From NCBI GenBank assembly GCA_023334545.1, contig JAADVB010000194.1:1-36617 (forward strand): a stretch of 36,617 nt of DNA, given 5' to 3'. The notes below the pieces were generated by a model. The model saw only the letters and a program-made list of their open reading frames with translations, had not been told where the DNA came from and did no database searches. The stretch comes from Salisapilia sapeloensis CBS 127946. Taxonomy: Eukaryota; Protista; Oomycota. The position numbers and the translations under genes were made by a program. This document shows, in pieces, positions 12,176 to 23,804 of this stretch. Positions within the stretch are counted from its first letter, which is position 1; the number at the start of each line of letters is the position of its first letter.

Positions 12176-13234
12176 CCAAATGTTGTCGATGTTGTTTGGC
12201 TTGGTACTGGCGTAGGAAAGATGGGAGTAGGATACGTGGGACGAGTACTGTCTTGCTGCAGCACGCAGGCGGGTACTCTGTCGGAGGTGATAGAGGAATG
12301 CTCTGCTTTTGCAATTGTGAAACAAGAATGCGCATGTTGTATTTGATTGGTATAAAATTAAAAATAGATGGTATGATTGGTGAATAATAGGGCGATTGAA
12401 AAGATGAGCAGCTTCGATGAGTATCCGAGGCACTGGTAGCGCCCAGAAGTCGGATAAGAGACCTATGACACTAAGATTGAAAGAAATAAGCTTTGTAGCT
12501 AGGTACTATTCAATATCCTTTGATGTGTCGCTGTTGAACTTGATTAAAAGTTGTCGAGTAGACGTATATGCATTTTAATATTTTGATCTGTGTCCTTGAT
12601 GGACGATTGAAAAGTGGTGACGGTTGGAGTCGATAACTTGCCTCTTTATCTTGTGTATCTTCTGGCGCAATCTATCTTGCTTTTTAATTTCTATGAAGCC
12701 GTTCAACTTCAAGGAGATGCTCTCGTCCTTGATGGCTACACCGACATATCATCGATCGGTTACTCGCCGTAACCTCGATTGTAAAGCACTAAGTGAAATG
12801 GTATGCATCACAACCTTAGTAGCATCGATCGAGCACTTTTATAGCCCTTCTAGTCACATGAAGCAACACAACTGCGACCTTAAAGTCTCGAAGATGATAT
12901 GACCATTTCGCCAGCAACTTGGAATCCTCTTTATTCCTTTTTTAATTGACTGCCTTGGACTTGGTTGTACCCTATGCAGGAACAAAATCAACTGAACGCT
13001 CATTACAGATCATATCCCAGAAGCTAGTCTTCGCTCTTACTCTGTCTTGACATTCCATTCTATTGTATCGCAGCAGATTTGTTCATCCAAGACGTGGCTG
13101 ATCTACCACATTACAGTCTATCAAAGCAAAGCACACAATCTATTTCACAAAAATAGGAATTTATAATATTTTATTTATCTGCCATCTATCCAACCTAGCG
13201 CACAGATCACGACGTGATCTCGAGCGACATCAAT

Positions 13235-15242
13235 TTATCTGGGAATTGCAGAGGAGCCACTATCTCTTCGTCTTCTCTTCATCTCCCGCACCATGCCTTG
13301 AACCTCGGACAGGAACTGTTTATACTGTGCTGTCGATATATAATTTTCTTCTGCCAGTGCATGCACAAATGAAAGATGATCTGCTATCTCCAGAGCACTT
13401 CTACTACCAGTACAGTCGAGGACACACGGCAGGAACTCGTGTTTCCATTTCTGCGCTTGAAACATCCGAAGCTGTTGGAAAGTGGCTGACAGCTTGTTCT
13501 TTTGCTTGTACTGATTAATTTCAGACTTGACCATCTTTTGTATTTCCGACATGAAAGGCACATCATCCACTTTCTTCTCCCCAGTACTACCTTCTCCATC
13601 TGCGCATGAGCGTTTCGCACCAATGACACTCATTCGACTCGATTGAACAAGCGTCTGAACTTGTAAGAAGTGAGCTCTCGTATCCGAAGTCAAATCCGAC
13701 AGCGTCGTGTCTGTTGGGTACTTGCTCATCTGACTTTTAAGTATATTTAAATGCACCGCAATCTCTTCCATCAAGGTATTAGTATCCAATGCATCCGTAT
13801 AACTTAGCTTATGAAGATCGTGTGCTACAAGAGTGTTTCCGAGAAGATGTGCATGCCGAACGTTGGTCACGATTGAACACGTGCTTTCTGCACGAAGGCA
13901 TGGTATATCCATCTTGACACTCGATGCAGTAGACATGCCTCCAGCGATATTTGAAGAGCCGATCTTGGCTCCAAAATGGACTGCCATCCACTGCCGATAC
14001 ATACCATCATGAGACCTTGAGATGGCAGCTAAGAGGTAGACACAATGGTGGATAAGAGTAGAGCTATTGTTTGTGAAGCCGTCTGCGGCAAGGCTGTGGC
14101 ATAGTTCGAGTGTAGGCTGGACGAGGACAGGATGATGCTTGATCCATGCCTCGAGGACATGCTTGAGCGTTCCATTTTCAAAAACGCTGACTGTATGCTC
14201 ATTACTTGGTGTAGATAATAGCTTCTTGATAACCTGTATACACTTTTAGCTTCTCTTCTAATAAATGAGGAAGTAGATGGCATACCTGTAGCACTTTTGT
14301 TTGGTCGAGGCAGGAATGAAAGCAATCAAAAACTTTGTCTGCGGTTTCTGTCGGAAGAGAGGAGCAAGATGATAAAAATAAGTAAAGCTGCTCTCGAAGG
14401 AAATGATGGACAGCTATAGGATCCAGCGTACGATCTCGATCTTTGTCATCTTTTGCCAAGTCTTGCTGGAGAAAGGATAAGACTATCTGAACACTGGACG
14501 GTGAGAGTGTGGGTGGATCAAACGCGAACCATAGTTTGATCATCCGTGTAGCAGACTGACGTACTACAATGACAGAATGGCTGTCGTAGAAACTTTTGGA
14601 AGCAGCTTGATGCGACTTGTAGAATGCAAGTCGAACTACGTGACAGATCATCTGATGTGCTATCGCCCGGCCTGTTCGCTCGCTGCGTTTACTGTTAAAT
14701 GCTGGTAATAAAAGCATACACTCCTTATTGGCATATAATGCACTGATAGAATGTGCACACCAGACTAACCACTGTCTGTCTTCGTCACTCGCTCCACTTT
14801 GCTCCAACAAGTCTTCTATCCTGCAGATAGCTTGCTCATGCAAGTACCAGTATGCAATTATAATGGCCAACTGTGATTGACAACTCTTATGCTTGTTGAT
14901 TGCACTAAAGTCTGTATCTGGACGGTATGCTCCATCCTTGGCATGTCGCTTGTATAGGTCCACTGAAATTTTTGCAAGTCTAACTCTACCAAATCGTTTT
15001 TCCCGACCAAGAATCTTTTTTAAGCGCTGCAGCTTTGACCACAGCGTCATTGAATCTGCAGCTCCATCCATTGATTCCACATCATCGTCACAATTTATGC
15101 CAGCTTGAGCGTTGCTAATACTCCGTTGAAAGGTTAAAACAAGTTCATCAAGTACAGTGACAAGTTCTTGTTTCATCCTGTCATATTCAGGTCCATTTGA
15201 ATGTACGATACGATGAACATCCGCCGCCAATGTCCTCGACAT
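13235..15242 (-). CDS. Helical protein (~650 aa) resembling the FANCA N-terminal domain; true 5' end uncertain
   Basis: ORF 15242-14286 joins ORF 14233-13235 across a 52-nt GTATGC..CAG intron (14234-14285); the frame between 14233 and 14003 was checked and is open. GMYRQWMAVHFG and KNKLSATFQQLRMFQAQKWKHEFLPCVL..LSFVHALAEENYISTAQY resemble recalled human FANCA segments ([51 protein letters not shown]). Confidence 0.55.
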
Positions 15243-15559
15243 CCTTCGCGTCGCCCACTTCCTATTCGTATCGGAATTGGTTGTCAGAAGCGTACTTCCT
15301 ATTGGCTAAAACAATTCCATGCGATCTTGAAGAGATGTGGATAATGCTCAACTATCAGATGCTCCTGCCTTCAATGACACTGTACATGTAAGCAAATGTG
15401 TTTTAGCAAAAACTTCTTGATACTAGAACTCCTATCCTCTTTTCCACTTAAGTTTAGCTCATAATGAAATGTCGTATTCGTCATCAGGATCCACTTGAGC
15501 ACCTTGGCATTATCAGACTCTTTCAAAATCTTTAGCTCTTGCAGAACTCGCAGCCTTTT

Positions 15560-16340
15560 TAAGTTTCGACATACACCACCTTTATTCTGAATGTACCATA
15601 ATGACCAAACCGATTTAAGCCCCTGCATATTTCCGGGAAAGGATCCGTAGCCGGAATCAAGTAGCTCGTCCGCATATCCGCACAGGACCTAAACTTATTC
15701 GCATACAATTTAAGGACTGGTAAAACACCACATTTCCATCTCGAGTTATAATAGCCCAAGCTAAATTCTATTTCATCCAACCTTCGCATTTCGTTCGTCG
15801 CGATTGTGTTTCCGACTCTTACCCATGGAGTCCACAAGCCTATACGAAAGCCTCTGGATGGTCGGCCATGAATTATTTCGGAGCATGTCACCTATACAGC
15901 GGCATTACCATATCGAGAGGATAGTGAAATGAAGCATCAGTTAACGTATCTACATGTTCATTTAATCCATGTTCACTCTTGAGCGCGTAGCACTCGCTCA
16001 TGACTTATTGACAGGAAAGATATCTGAGTACTGCCTAGTGCGGTTTGTTCAAGCAGTGAACAAATCCTAATGGAGTTTACCATCCTTGTGGCTTCTCTGT
16101 TAGCTTGAAATACTCGGGATTACCGAGAAGTATTGGTAACCAACGACGAAGCAAATTTTTGAAGCTATTTTTGTCGAGGCGAAGTGAGAAAGCAGCGTCG
16201 ACACCCATCTTCATCCAGCATATGACCACCAGCATCCACTCCACGTGCAAGCTCCATCGCACACTTTCAAACCTCTCGTTGCTCATTTTCCAATTTTCCC
16301 AGTTGATCCCAAGTCGGCAAAAAACCGAAAAAAGCACCTT
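15560..16340 (-). mobile_element. Possible highly decayed piggyBac-like transposase fragment
   Basis: Broken minus-strand frames contain MSNERFESVRWSLHV, KPQGW and YIQNKGGV, in the order of the piggyBac motifs MSRxRF..I...LHF, KPHKWG and YN..MGGVD. No intact ORF or TTAA-flanked terminal inverted repeats were seen. Confidence 0.3.
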
Positions 16341-17132
16341 ACGCCAAGTTACCAGTCACAGCTAGTATGGAAATCTGAGCGCATGACACATGCAAGAACG
16401 TTCCAAAGGACAAGACGCATGGGGATGGCAATCGCACACAAAGAGCACTCATCGAAGATGGTTTACGATGTGATAACACCGCGTTCTGTTCCGCTCAGCT
16501 TCCTACAACTTTGCAGACGACTGTGATTTGTGTGCTGTAAAGAGAGTCACGCACGACATATCGCACGATCACCTCTCTACAGCAATCTTGCTGTCAAGTA
16601 CCTAGTCTACCACAACAACCAGCGACATATTGTACAGAGAGATGGTGATACGCAGCATTTTCCATTAAAATGCTGTTCGATATGTCCGAAGATGCAGGAA
16701 TCCATGCGATTGAACCAAGGTGTAACTGTATTCGATTATGGTCTTGAAGAAAAACGACCTTTGTATCCCACGTCAAGCCGCACTTGCTTACTGTCAGTAT
16801 AAATCATGCTATCCTTCCTTCCGTTAATCCAACTGTACGACGATCGGCGTCTGGAAAAATCCGAGCCATCGTCAAAGATCCGGTGGTAAATTTCCGCTTC
16901 CTGTCCTGTGATTAATATAGTAAGACACCAGTCATTTCCACCGTCATCTCCATTTACAATATTCTGGACAATGGATGCGTGTGGAGTCGTCACATGCGAA
17001 GCTACTTCGGAAGCGATAAGATGATGGCTCAAACTTTTCAAAACGTCAAGACTTGGCTGACATGCTGTCATTCGGCTTTTTGCACCACGCCCCAGACCCT
17101 CCCCTGTTCTCGTCTGCATCTTGGTCATCAAG

Positions 17133-20100
17133 ATGGTTAAGTACGTGTTCCTACAAGATACAGTAGCCACTTGGGCGGATGGTATACTGATTGGACGCAA
17201 TCTGTAGGCAATCCAGTGAAAACCAAGAGCTGTCCGAGCCGCTCAATCCGGATCGAGACGTGCAAATGGAAGAAGATACGAATGGCCAGAGCAATGGCCA
17301 TGCCAATGGCCAGAGCAATCGTAACGGCGTTCGTCAGCGCAAGAACAAGCAAGATGAAACGTCGCCAGGATACACGACCAAGATGAAGGTCGGTATGGAT
17401 CGAAATGATACGCAAAAGAAAGAGCAGCAACGCAATCGCATCAAACGTACTTGTCTTTATACGTTTTCTAGGTATGAAGTATTGACATAATGATCCATAG
17501 CCACTTTCTTCAAGACACTGGAGCTAGCAGCTCGTGTTGGTGCTGCTTGTATTATCGCATCGGCAATTCAAACACGTGAAAATTCTACTCAGGAAGTCAA
17601 TGTGGTCAATGAAGAGCAAATGTGGGCCTTGTTTCCATACTGGTACTACCTCGGAGGTCTGAGCTTTTGTGCCGTCGCAGTGATTTTCGCTGCCGGTGAA
17701 AATCTTGGCGCGACGATGATGGAAGTATGCCACGCCTTCTTCGGTGTTGGTCTCGCGCTCGTCTATAACATCATCCTGTTTTCCATCGTCGACGTCGAAC
17801 TGCACGATCCCGATAATGAAGACTTCACTGGGTACTACCAGATCAACACGACTTTCACAGGTTCCAGTTACAAAATCCATCTGGGCAACTTTTATACTGT
17901 CCTGCCTTGGATCATGGTTTTCGTCGTCGTCGTCGTCGTCTTGCCAATCAACTCGAGCACGAAAAAGTTCGCGCTCGCATACGACTTGTACTTCGCTCTA
18001 ACAATCATAAATCCGTCGAATCCGTTGTATGATCCGTCGGATGATTCGTCGGCTTCGCGGGAGGAAGACCAGCTGAAAGTAGAAGATGTATCGTTCTTTC
18101 AAACGCCCAACACGCTGAGAAACCTTGCAATGTACTTTGTCGTCGGCCTACTCGGATGGGTACTATCCCTCGTCATTATGATGATTCCGTACCCTCGCTT
18201 TGCGATCTGGACGTTCAAGAAGCATATGGCAGAAGGTGCAGAAGAAATTATGGAGATTCTAAACCTCATTGTCGATGCCTATTGCTTCAAGAAGAAGAGT
18301 GCCGGGTCGATGAAGTTCTTAAAAGCCAAGTTGGAACGCAAGTTTGAGGCTGCGACTGCCCGTCATGAGCGCATGACGACGCTACTGGGCAACGTCTGGT
18401 GGGAGCAGATTTTCTTGTTGAACTACATTCTAAACTTCAATCGGTCAATGCTCCAAAGCCACCTCCATCTCCTCACGACACTTCTGGCTGACCTACGAGC
18501 TCTCAACTTTGCGTTGGAACAAGAAAGCTACGATGAACTCCACTTCCGGTACATGCAAAAGCTACGACGAGATGTGCACGTCATGCAGCTTCGTTCGGGT
18601 GACGTTTTGGACGAGATCACAGCCAACGTTCGTGCTTGTACGACGAAAATGGACATGCAGTCTGTACCGAAGCTTGATGAGCACATGAAGGACACGCTAA
18701 GACACTTTTACGACGTGAACAAGTCTATCTTGGGCGGCGGAGACGTGACGGCCAAGGATCTAGCGGACAACCAGCCGCTCTATCTCTTCTTTTTCTCCCT
18801 CCACTCGTTCTCTGCGTCGCTCACGAGCTTCCAGGACAAGCACAACAAGACGAACTACACTGTTGGCGAACGTCTTCAGAACTTTTTACGGAACTTCTTC
18901 ATGGACTTTGTCAATCCGGACTACTACGACCGTATCCACATGGTGTCGTCTTTAAAGGTAGCGATTGCTATCTGCATTGGTGTCTTTCTCGCTGTCTACG
19001 TCTTCAACTTTAGTAGCACTGCACCTGGAGCTGTGGCTTACGTCATGGGAAACCACATTGGTGGAGCCTTTAGTACGACTGTGAACCGAGTGGGTGGTGT
19101 CGTGGCTGGATGTGTCATCCCATCCATCCTCCAGTTCTTCATTGTTCAAGTGTGTGACCCTTACTACTTGAAAGTCGTCTTGATGAACGCACTGCTCTTC
19201 GTGTGGGTCACGCTCTCCATGTACGTTCGTTTCTCCAGTAGCTATTGGTGGTACGGAGGTCTCGTATCTGCCTTTGTGTCTGCTGGTATCCTACTTAAGC
19301 AAACACACGTGTGTTTAAACGATGAAAACAGTTCATCTAGTGTCGCCACGTCGTCCTACTCTTCCTTAGCCCAGAACTCGGTCGGTGTCGTCCTCTTCAT
19401 CCTCATGGAGCTCTTGGTCTTCCCGGAAAGTTCTCTCAGTCTCCTTCGGAAGAATATCAAGAAGACATTGGACAAGTTGGAATCATCATTCAATACGCTG
19501 TTCAACTTCCACATGAACACGGATGTAGAGCTAGACCAGAAGAAATTGGATGAAGTCAAGGAAATTCTTCAGAACCAACTACCAGGTCTCTTGTCGAAAC
19601 AGAAAGGATTGATGCAAGAAGCAAGTCATGAACCAGCATTGTGGAAAGCTCCGTTTTCGAAAGAGCGATATGGAAACGTCCACTCAGCGCTACAGCGTCT
19701 ATTGGATCACAATAACTTGATGTACAAGCTCATGAGATGGTACGCCAAGCGTGTGAATGACGCTAATACCGATACGGATGGCGGAGAGGACATTCGGGAG
19801 GAAAAAGGACCTCAGGACGATGCGCGAGATGAGTGGAAGGACTCGACGCACCAGTTCTTGAATGTGGTGGAAGACACGTTCGACTCGTTGGATACGGTCT
19901 TTAGTAACAAGTACCTGACGTCCGGATCGGATCAGACGGCCATGTTCTTGCAAATGAAAGAGGCGTTCCGAGAGGCAGATGTGGATGGAAGCGGAGAGAT
20001 TGATCGAGATGAAGTGGAGCACATGCTCAAGACGGTCTTCTCCCAAGCGGATGCTGCGAGCAACCAAGAGATTGAACAGCACGTGGATGAATTCATGCAG

Positions 20101-20493
20101 CTCGTGGACCAGAACAATGATGGCAAAGTGTCGTTTGATGAGTTTATGACAGCGTTGGAGAATGGACTGGAAGTGCATACGGAGTTGTATGAGAAGAATG
20201 CATCCAGTTCAAAGAACCCGTCGGATGGAGAGAAGCGAGACGGTGCAAATGAAGATCGACAGGGAGGTGGAGAACCCATGCGACACGAGCATGACGTCTT
20301 GAACGTATCGGAATTCTCCATCAACCAATCGGCCAAGTACATGCGTTCAGCTTTTGTCCATTGGCTTGTGAAAGACCATCGGTATGAAAAGGTGACGCTG
20401 GAAGAGCTCTTGCTATTCAATTGCCTCGTCGGTGGCTCCAAGGGTATTGCGGAGGAACTGACCAACTTGCAAGAAACGATCGTCTCGGACTAG
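17133..20493 (+). CDS. FUSC/ALMT-like EF-hand membrane protein, paralog 3 (~1050-1075 aa; start at ATG 17133 via a micro-exon, or ATG 17266)
   Basis: A 54-nt intron 17447-17500 (GTACTT..TAG) joins ..RNRIK-P to TFFKTLELAARVG, in frame with ORF 17602-20493. A candidate upstream intron 17141-17207 (GTACGT..CTGAT..TAG) gives MVKQSSEN. EF loops are DVDGSGEIDRDE and DQNNDGKVSFDE. Confidence 0.8.
17281..17319 (+). repeat. In-frame imperfect 12-nt repeat encoding NGQS-NGHA-NGQS-N
   Basis: Direct reading: aatggccagagc aatggccatgcc aatggccagagc aat. Confidence 0.8.
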
Positions 20494-20881
20494 AGAAATC
20501 TTTATAAATGCATAAGAGATGGTTTTGATCTTTAAACTCTGTTTCTCATGTGTTTAGTAGTGCCTTTGGAGCAAAGAGATCTTGTAGGTTGCTACGAAAG
20601 TAAAAGCTTGTTTAATGTAATATTAAGAGCAATTCGTCTCCTACGAAGTTGCTGTAGCTACAAGGATAGAAAGTACCATTCTACTTTAAAACCTATAGCA
20701 GTTTCATCCGATTCGTTCTCGTAATTAGGTCTGTGCGAAGAACACACACTTCTCGACTCGTAGAAAGGGTATTTGTTGCAATGGTCCGTCAATCTAAAGC
20801 GAACACCTGTTCCTATCTTGGCAATGTGATGAATGGAACAAAAGTATTTATTATGTACTTAGTGATATCGCTCTCTCTTCA

Positions 20882-23467
20882 TCAACTCCCGCCTTCATCT
20901 ACAACAATTTCATCCATTTGCATCACATTGAGTTTCCCAGCGAGGTCAGCAATACGTTTCGGAAGTCCTTTGCAAACGACCAGTACAGGATGGTTTGCTA
21001 GCAATTCGATCTTATCGTCCGAGTCGACAACTTCCTTGGCTCGACTTAACTCTTCAATCCGAATAGGTCGACTAGCTACAGCCACAAGCATCCTGGCTGC
21101 AAACTTTGGTGAGAATGGAGACAGCTGGAACACCTTTTCTCCATGACCGGTGACCGATCCATCCGTCGTGACGGATTGCCTGGCTGTTAGCAGTACCTTT
21201 AGCTCAGAAGAGTTTGTCAGCAAGTCAGACAAAAACATTCGAAAGCTATCTTTCCTTTCGTCCGACCTGAGAAAGTAATCACAGCCATCCAACAGAATGA
21301 GTCGCTTCTGATAAGGAGCCTTTTGGCTGCGTGTCATCAGATATTCTTGCACCCGTTCCTTGAGCCGTGGAAGCACCAGAGTCCTTCCAGCACTCGACGG
21401 TCGACCAACGCTTGATGTTAAAGCAATACTTTGAGCTTCCAATTCTTCACGTACAATCCGGTCGACTGCAAAGACTTTGGCATTGCCTTGAGTAGTAAAC
21501 CTCGGACCGACATAGTTAATCACCGCATGAGCGACAGCCGTCTTACCAATGCCTTCGGCGCCTGTGATAGAAGCCAGACGCATACTCTTCGACCGATTCG
21601 CGAGAATAGCTTCGCTGATCTTGTACACTTCGACCGTTCTGTTCGAAAACCCTTGGCACAGTCCAGGCAGATCGTCAAACCAGAGCTTGGGCGCTTTGGT
21701 CTTCTTGAACGATCCGAGACCTTGCGATGCCATGGCGCGCATGGTAATAGGAGGAAAGATGACTTCGGAGTGATCTCCGTCCTCTGGTAAGAGCATAAAC
21801 TTGTTGGACACTCGTATCGGGTCTTTAATGTTCGGAGAGCTCGCTACTGCTTCCTGAGCTATGTGGTAGCTACTCCCGACGGCCTTACCCGCAGCTAGTG
21901 CCAAGTAGAAGGATCGAGTGAACTCAATCGCAGCATGGTCTTCTATCTTTTCACCTTCTCTCACACCAACGACATGTGGGATGCCACAAGTAACAAAGGC
22001 TTTAGCAATGGAAGCAGAGGAACAAGCAGATACGAAAACTAGACGCAACGGTGGCTCTCCACCTACTAAGCTACCTGCTGAGAAGAGTTTCTGAAGACCG
22101 GAGTGAGGGATTGGATGCACGAGTGCTGCGCCGTCTTCAAAGTACAAATGGTGTTCATCTCCGTGACCTGAAAAGTGAAGAGCTCGACAGCCGAGCGTCA
22201 CGACCGATCGGAAGTTCTCGCTACTGGCGAACTTTGCACTGACACGAATGTGTCGCGGAACTTCAAAGAGTGCCTGTCCATCTCCTTGTTGGTTGAACGC
22301 TTCGGACCTCATCTTCCCGTACCGAGCAGCTTCTAGGAGACTCTCTTGGAGGATCGTGTACTCTCGCTTGATACCGATCTCTGGTATCGGATGGTACCGA
22401 CCATGGATATCTTTACCAACGAGTGGGACGGCGAATAAGACACCCAAAGTATATTCGAGAAACTCACGAGTAACTTGAGACGATTCGCTGTTCTCACTCG
22501 CGTGTCGGACTTCTGTCGTGATTTTATCTGCTGGCGTCACGAGGTTGCTCATCTCTGCGATGGCAGCTCCTTTGATATGAGGGTCTTCTACAATGTAGCC
22601 TAAAAGCACTCGACCGCTTGGATTGGATAGCAAAGTAATCGTGTCTCCGTGCTCCACTTGCTGTCGAGTGCGTTTGGGGACTTGCTGTCCATTAACTCGG
22701 ATACCATTCGTGCTGCAGTCGGTGACGTATAAAGCATACTTCCCGTTGGATCGAGACGGAGGTCTTTGTGGTGACATCTCCTGGTTCTCGGATAGTGGAG
22801 TAAGGTGCGCGGATTCCTCTAACAGGTAGTCGAAGACGGCATGCGTGCGACTAAGACGCACAGGATCGATCGGACTTGTATGCTTACTAAATATACGAGC
22901 AAAGACGTCTCGACCGAGTTGTACGTTTGAGTGGTGTCGATTCATATCCAAAACGTCGAGTCGGGCAGCTCGAAGAGCAGCATGCTGCTCAGCAGTCAGC
23001 GATCTTTCCACATCTGGGTGAAGCTTTACGAGCATCGTGTTGTGCATCGCTTCACTATCCTCCAGCGTTTGCGAGAACTCTTGCGTGGCTTGCTGTGAGA
23101 TCGACAGCTCGTCCAGAATGCTCTGGGAATTATGTATCTCTAGCTCGGTCACCTCGTCTTTCGTTAGACGCTCACCTATCATGCTACTACCATCGCCATC
23201 ATTGGCTCTGGACGATGGAGCCGAGTGTCGGAGTCGCTTGGAAGACTGACGAGCTATCGATTCTTCTCTTTGCCGAGCCTGCTTCGACGATGGCGACCTC
23301 ATGTACGACGAGGACGGTTCTCTCGTGGATAAATGTGCTGGAAATCCAATCACATCTTCCGTATCTGGGCTCTTAGCAGAGTAGAACGACTCGCTAGACT
23401 CTTCTGGTATCTGTATAGTACTCCCAGCACCGTTCATCTGCCTACTATCTCCGTTCCTCATCTCCAT
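20882..23467 (-). CDS. FHA + CHAT (caspase-like protease) + STAND/NB-ARC-type NTPase protein (~861 aa)
   Basis: Single long ORF; the first ATG is at 23467 (the track's 23527 is a GTG preceded by an in-frame TAA). FHA motifs: QLGRD..RLSRTHA..VTDCSTNGIRVNG..HGDTITL. CHAT motifs: LHFSGHG (His 22163-22165) and LVFVSAC (Cys 22022-22024). Walker A is GAEGIGKT, Walker B is LILLDGCD, then VLLTAR and CKGLP. Confidence 0.85.
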   Translation of the reverse strand: MEMRNGDSRQMNGAGSTIQIPEESSESFYSAKSPDTEDVIGFPAHLSTREPSSSYMRSPSSKQARQREESIARQSSKRLRHSAPSSRANDGDGSSMIGERLTKDEVTELEIHNSQSILDELSISQQATQEFSQTLEDSEAMHNTMLVKLHPDVERSLTAEQHAALRAARLDVLDMNRHHSNVQLGRDVFARIFSKHTSPIDPVRLSRTHAVFDYLLEESAHLTPLSENQEMSPQRPPSRSNGKYALYVTDCSTNGIRVNGQQVPKRTRQQVEHGDTITLLSNPSGRVLLGYIVEDPHIKGAAIAEMSNLVTPADKITTEVRHASENSESSQVTREFLEYTLGVLFAVPLVGKDIHGRYHPIPEIGIKREYTILQESLLEAARYGKMRSEAFNQQGDGQALFEVPRHIRVSAKFASSENFRSVVTLGCRALHFSGHGDEHHLYFEDGAALVHPIPHSGLQKLFSAGSLVGGEPPLRLVFVSACSSASIAKAFVTCGIPHVVGVREGEKIEDHAAIEFTRSFYLALAAGKAVGSSYHIAQEAVASSPNIKDPIRVSNKFMLLPEDGDHSEVIFPPITMRAMASQGLGSFKKTKAPKLWFDDLPGLCQGFSNRTVEVYKISEAILANRSKSMRLASITGAEGIGKTAVAHAVINYVGPRFTTQGNAKVFAVDRIVREELEAQSIALTSSVGRPSSAGRTLVLPRLKERVQEYLMTRSQKAPYQKRLILLDGCDYFLRSDERKDSFRMFLSDLLTNSSELKVLLTARQSVTTDGSVTGHGEKVFQLSPFSPKFAARMLVAVASRPIRIEELSRAKEVVDSDDKIELLANHPVLVVCKGLPKRIADLAGKLNVMQMDEIVVDEGGS

Positions 23468-23804
23468 CGGTCGTAGCGATGTCTGTGTAAAGCGTCGTGT
23501 ACCTCTCCTGTACCGCTTCGAATCCACTTAACCGTTACTTCACTAAAACTTCCATCGAAGTCGGCCGGGGGGCGAAAAATTATTTCAATCAGGCCAGAGC
23601 TAAGTAGACAAGTACCGTCTTTCATATTATTCACTCGAACTGGTACTAAACTTCCTTCCTACGTTTCTCATCTTTCGTAGAGAGATTCTCTCGTGCTTTA
23701 TCTCCTTGCCACTCGACATTCGATCTTTTGATCAAACGTTCATTTCCTTCCACTTATATCGTCCACCCCTTCTTATCAAAAGTAACAAGACACGAGACGT
23801 CTGG
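23468..23804. promoter_or_regulatory. Short divergent (probably bidirectional promoter) interval between the FHA-CHAT-STAND and LRR genes
   Basis: The first ATGs lie on opposite strands about 340 bp apart. No specific promoter element was identified. Confidence 0.45.

Noticed and set aside
12310-12340. Oomycete INR/FPR-like promoter motif upstream of CUL4 (GCGCATTCTTGTTTC on the minus strand)
   Set aside because: Imperfect match to a short degenerate consensus; not supportable without TSS data.
16736-17200. 154-aa minus-strand ORF
   Set aside because: No recognisable domain, and it overlaps the probable 5' end of paralog 3.
23468-23527. GTG start of the 881-aa ORF
   Set aside because: Eukaryotic context and an in-frame stop directly upstream; the first ATG at 23467 is preferred.
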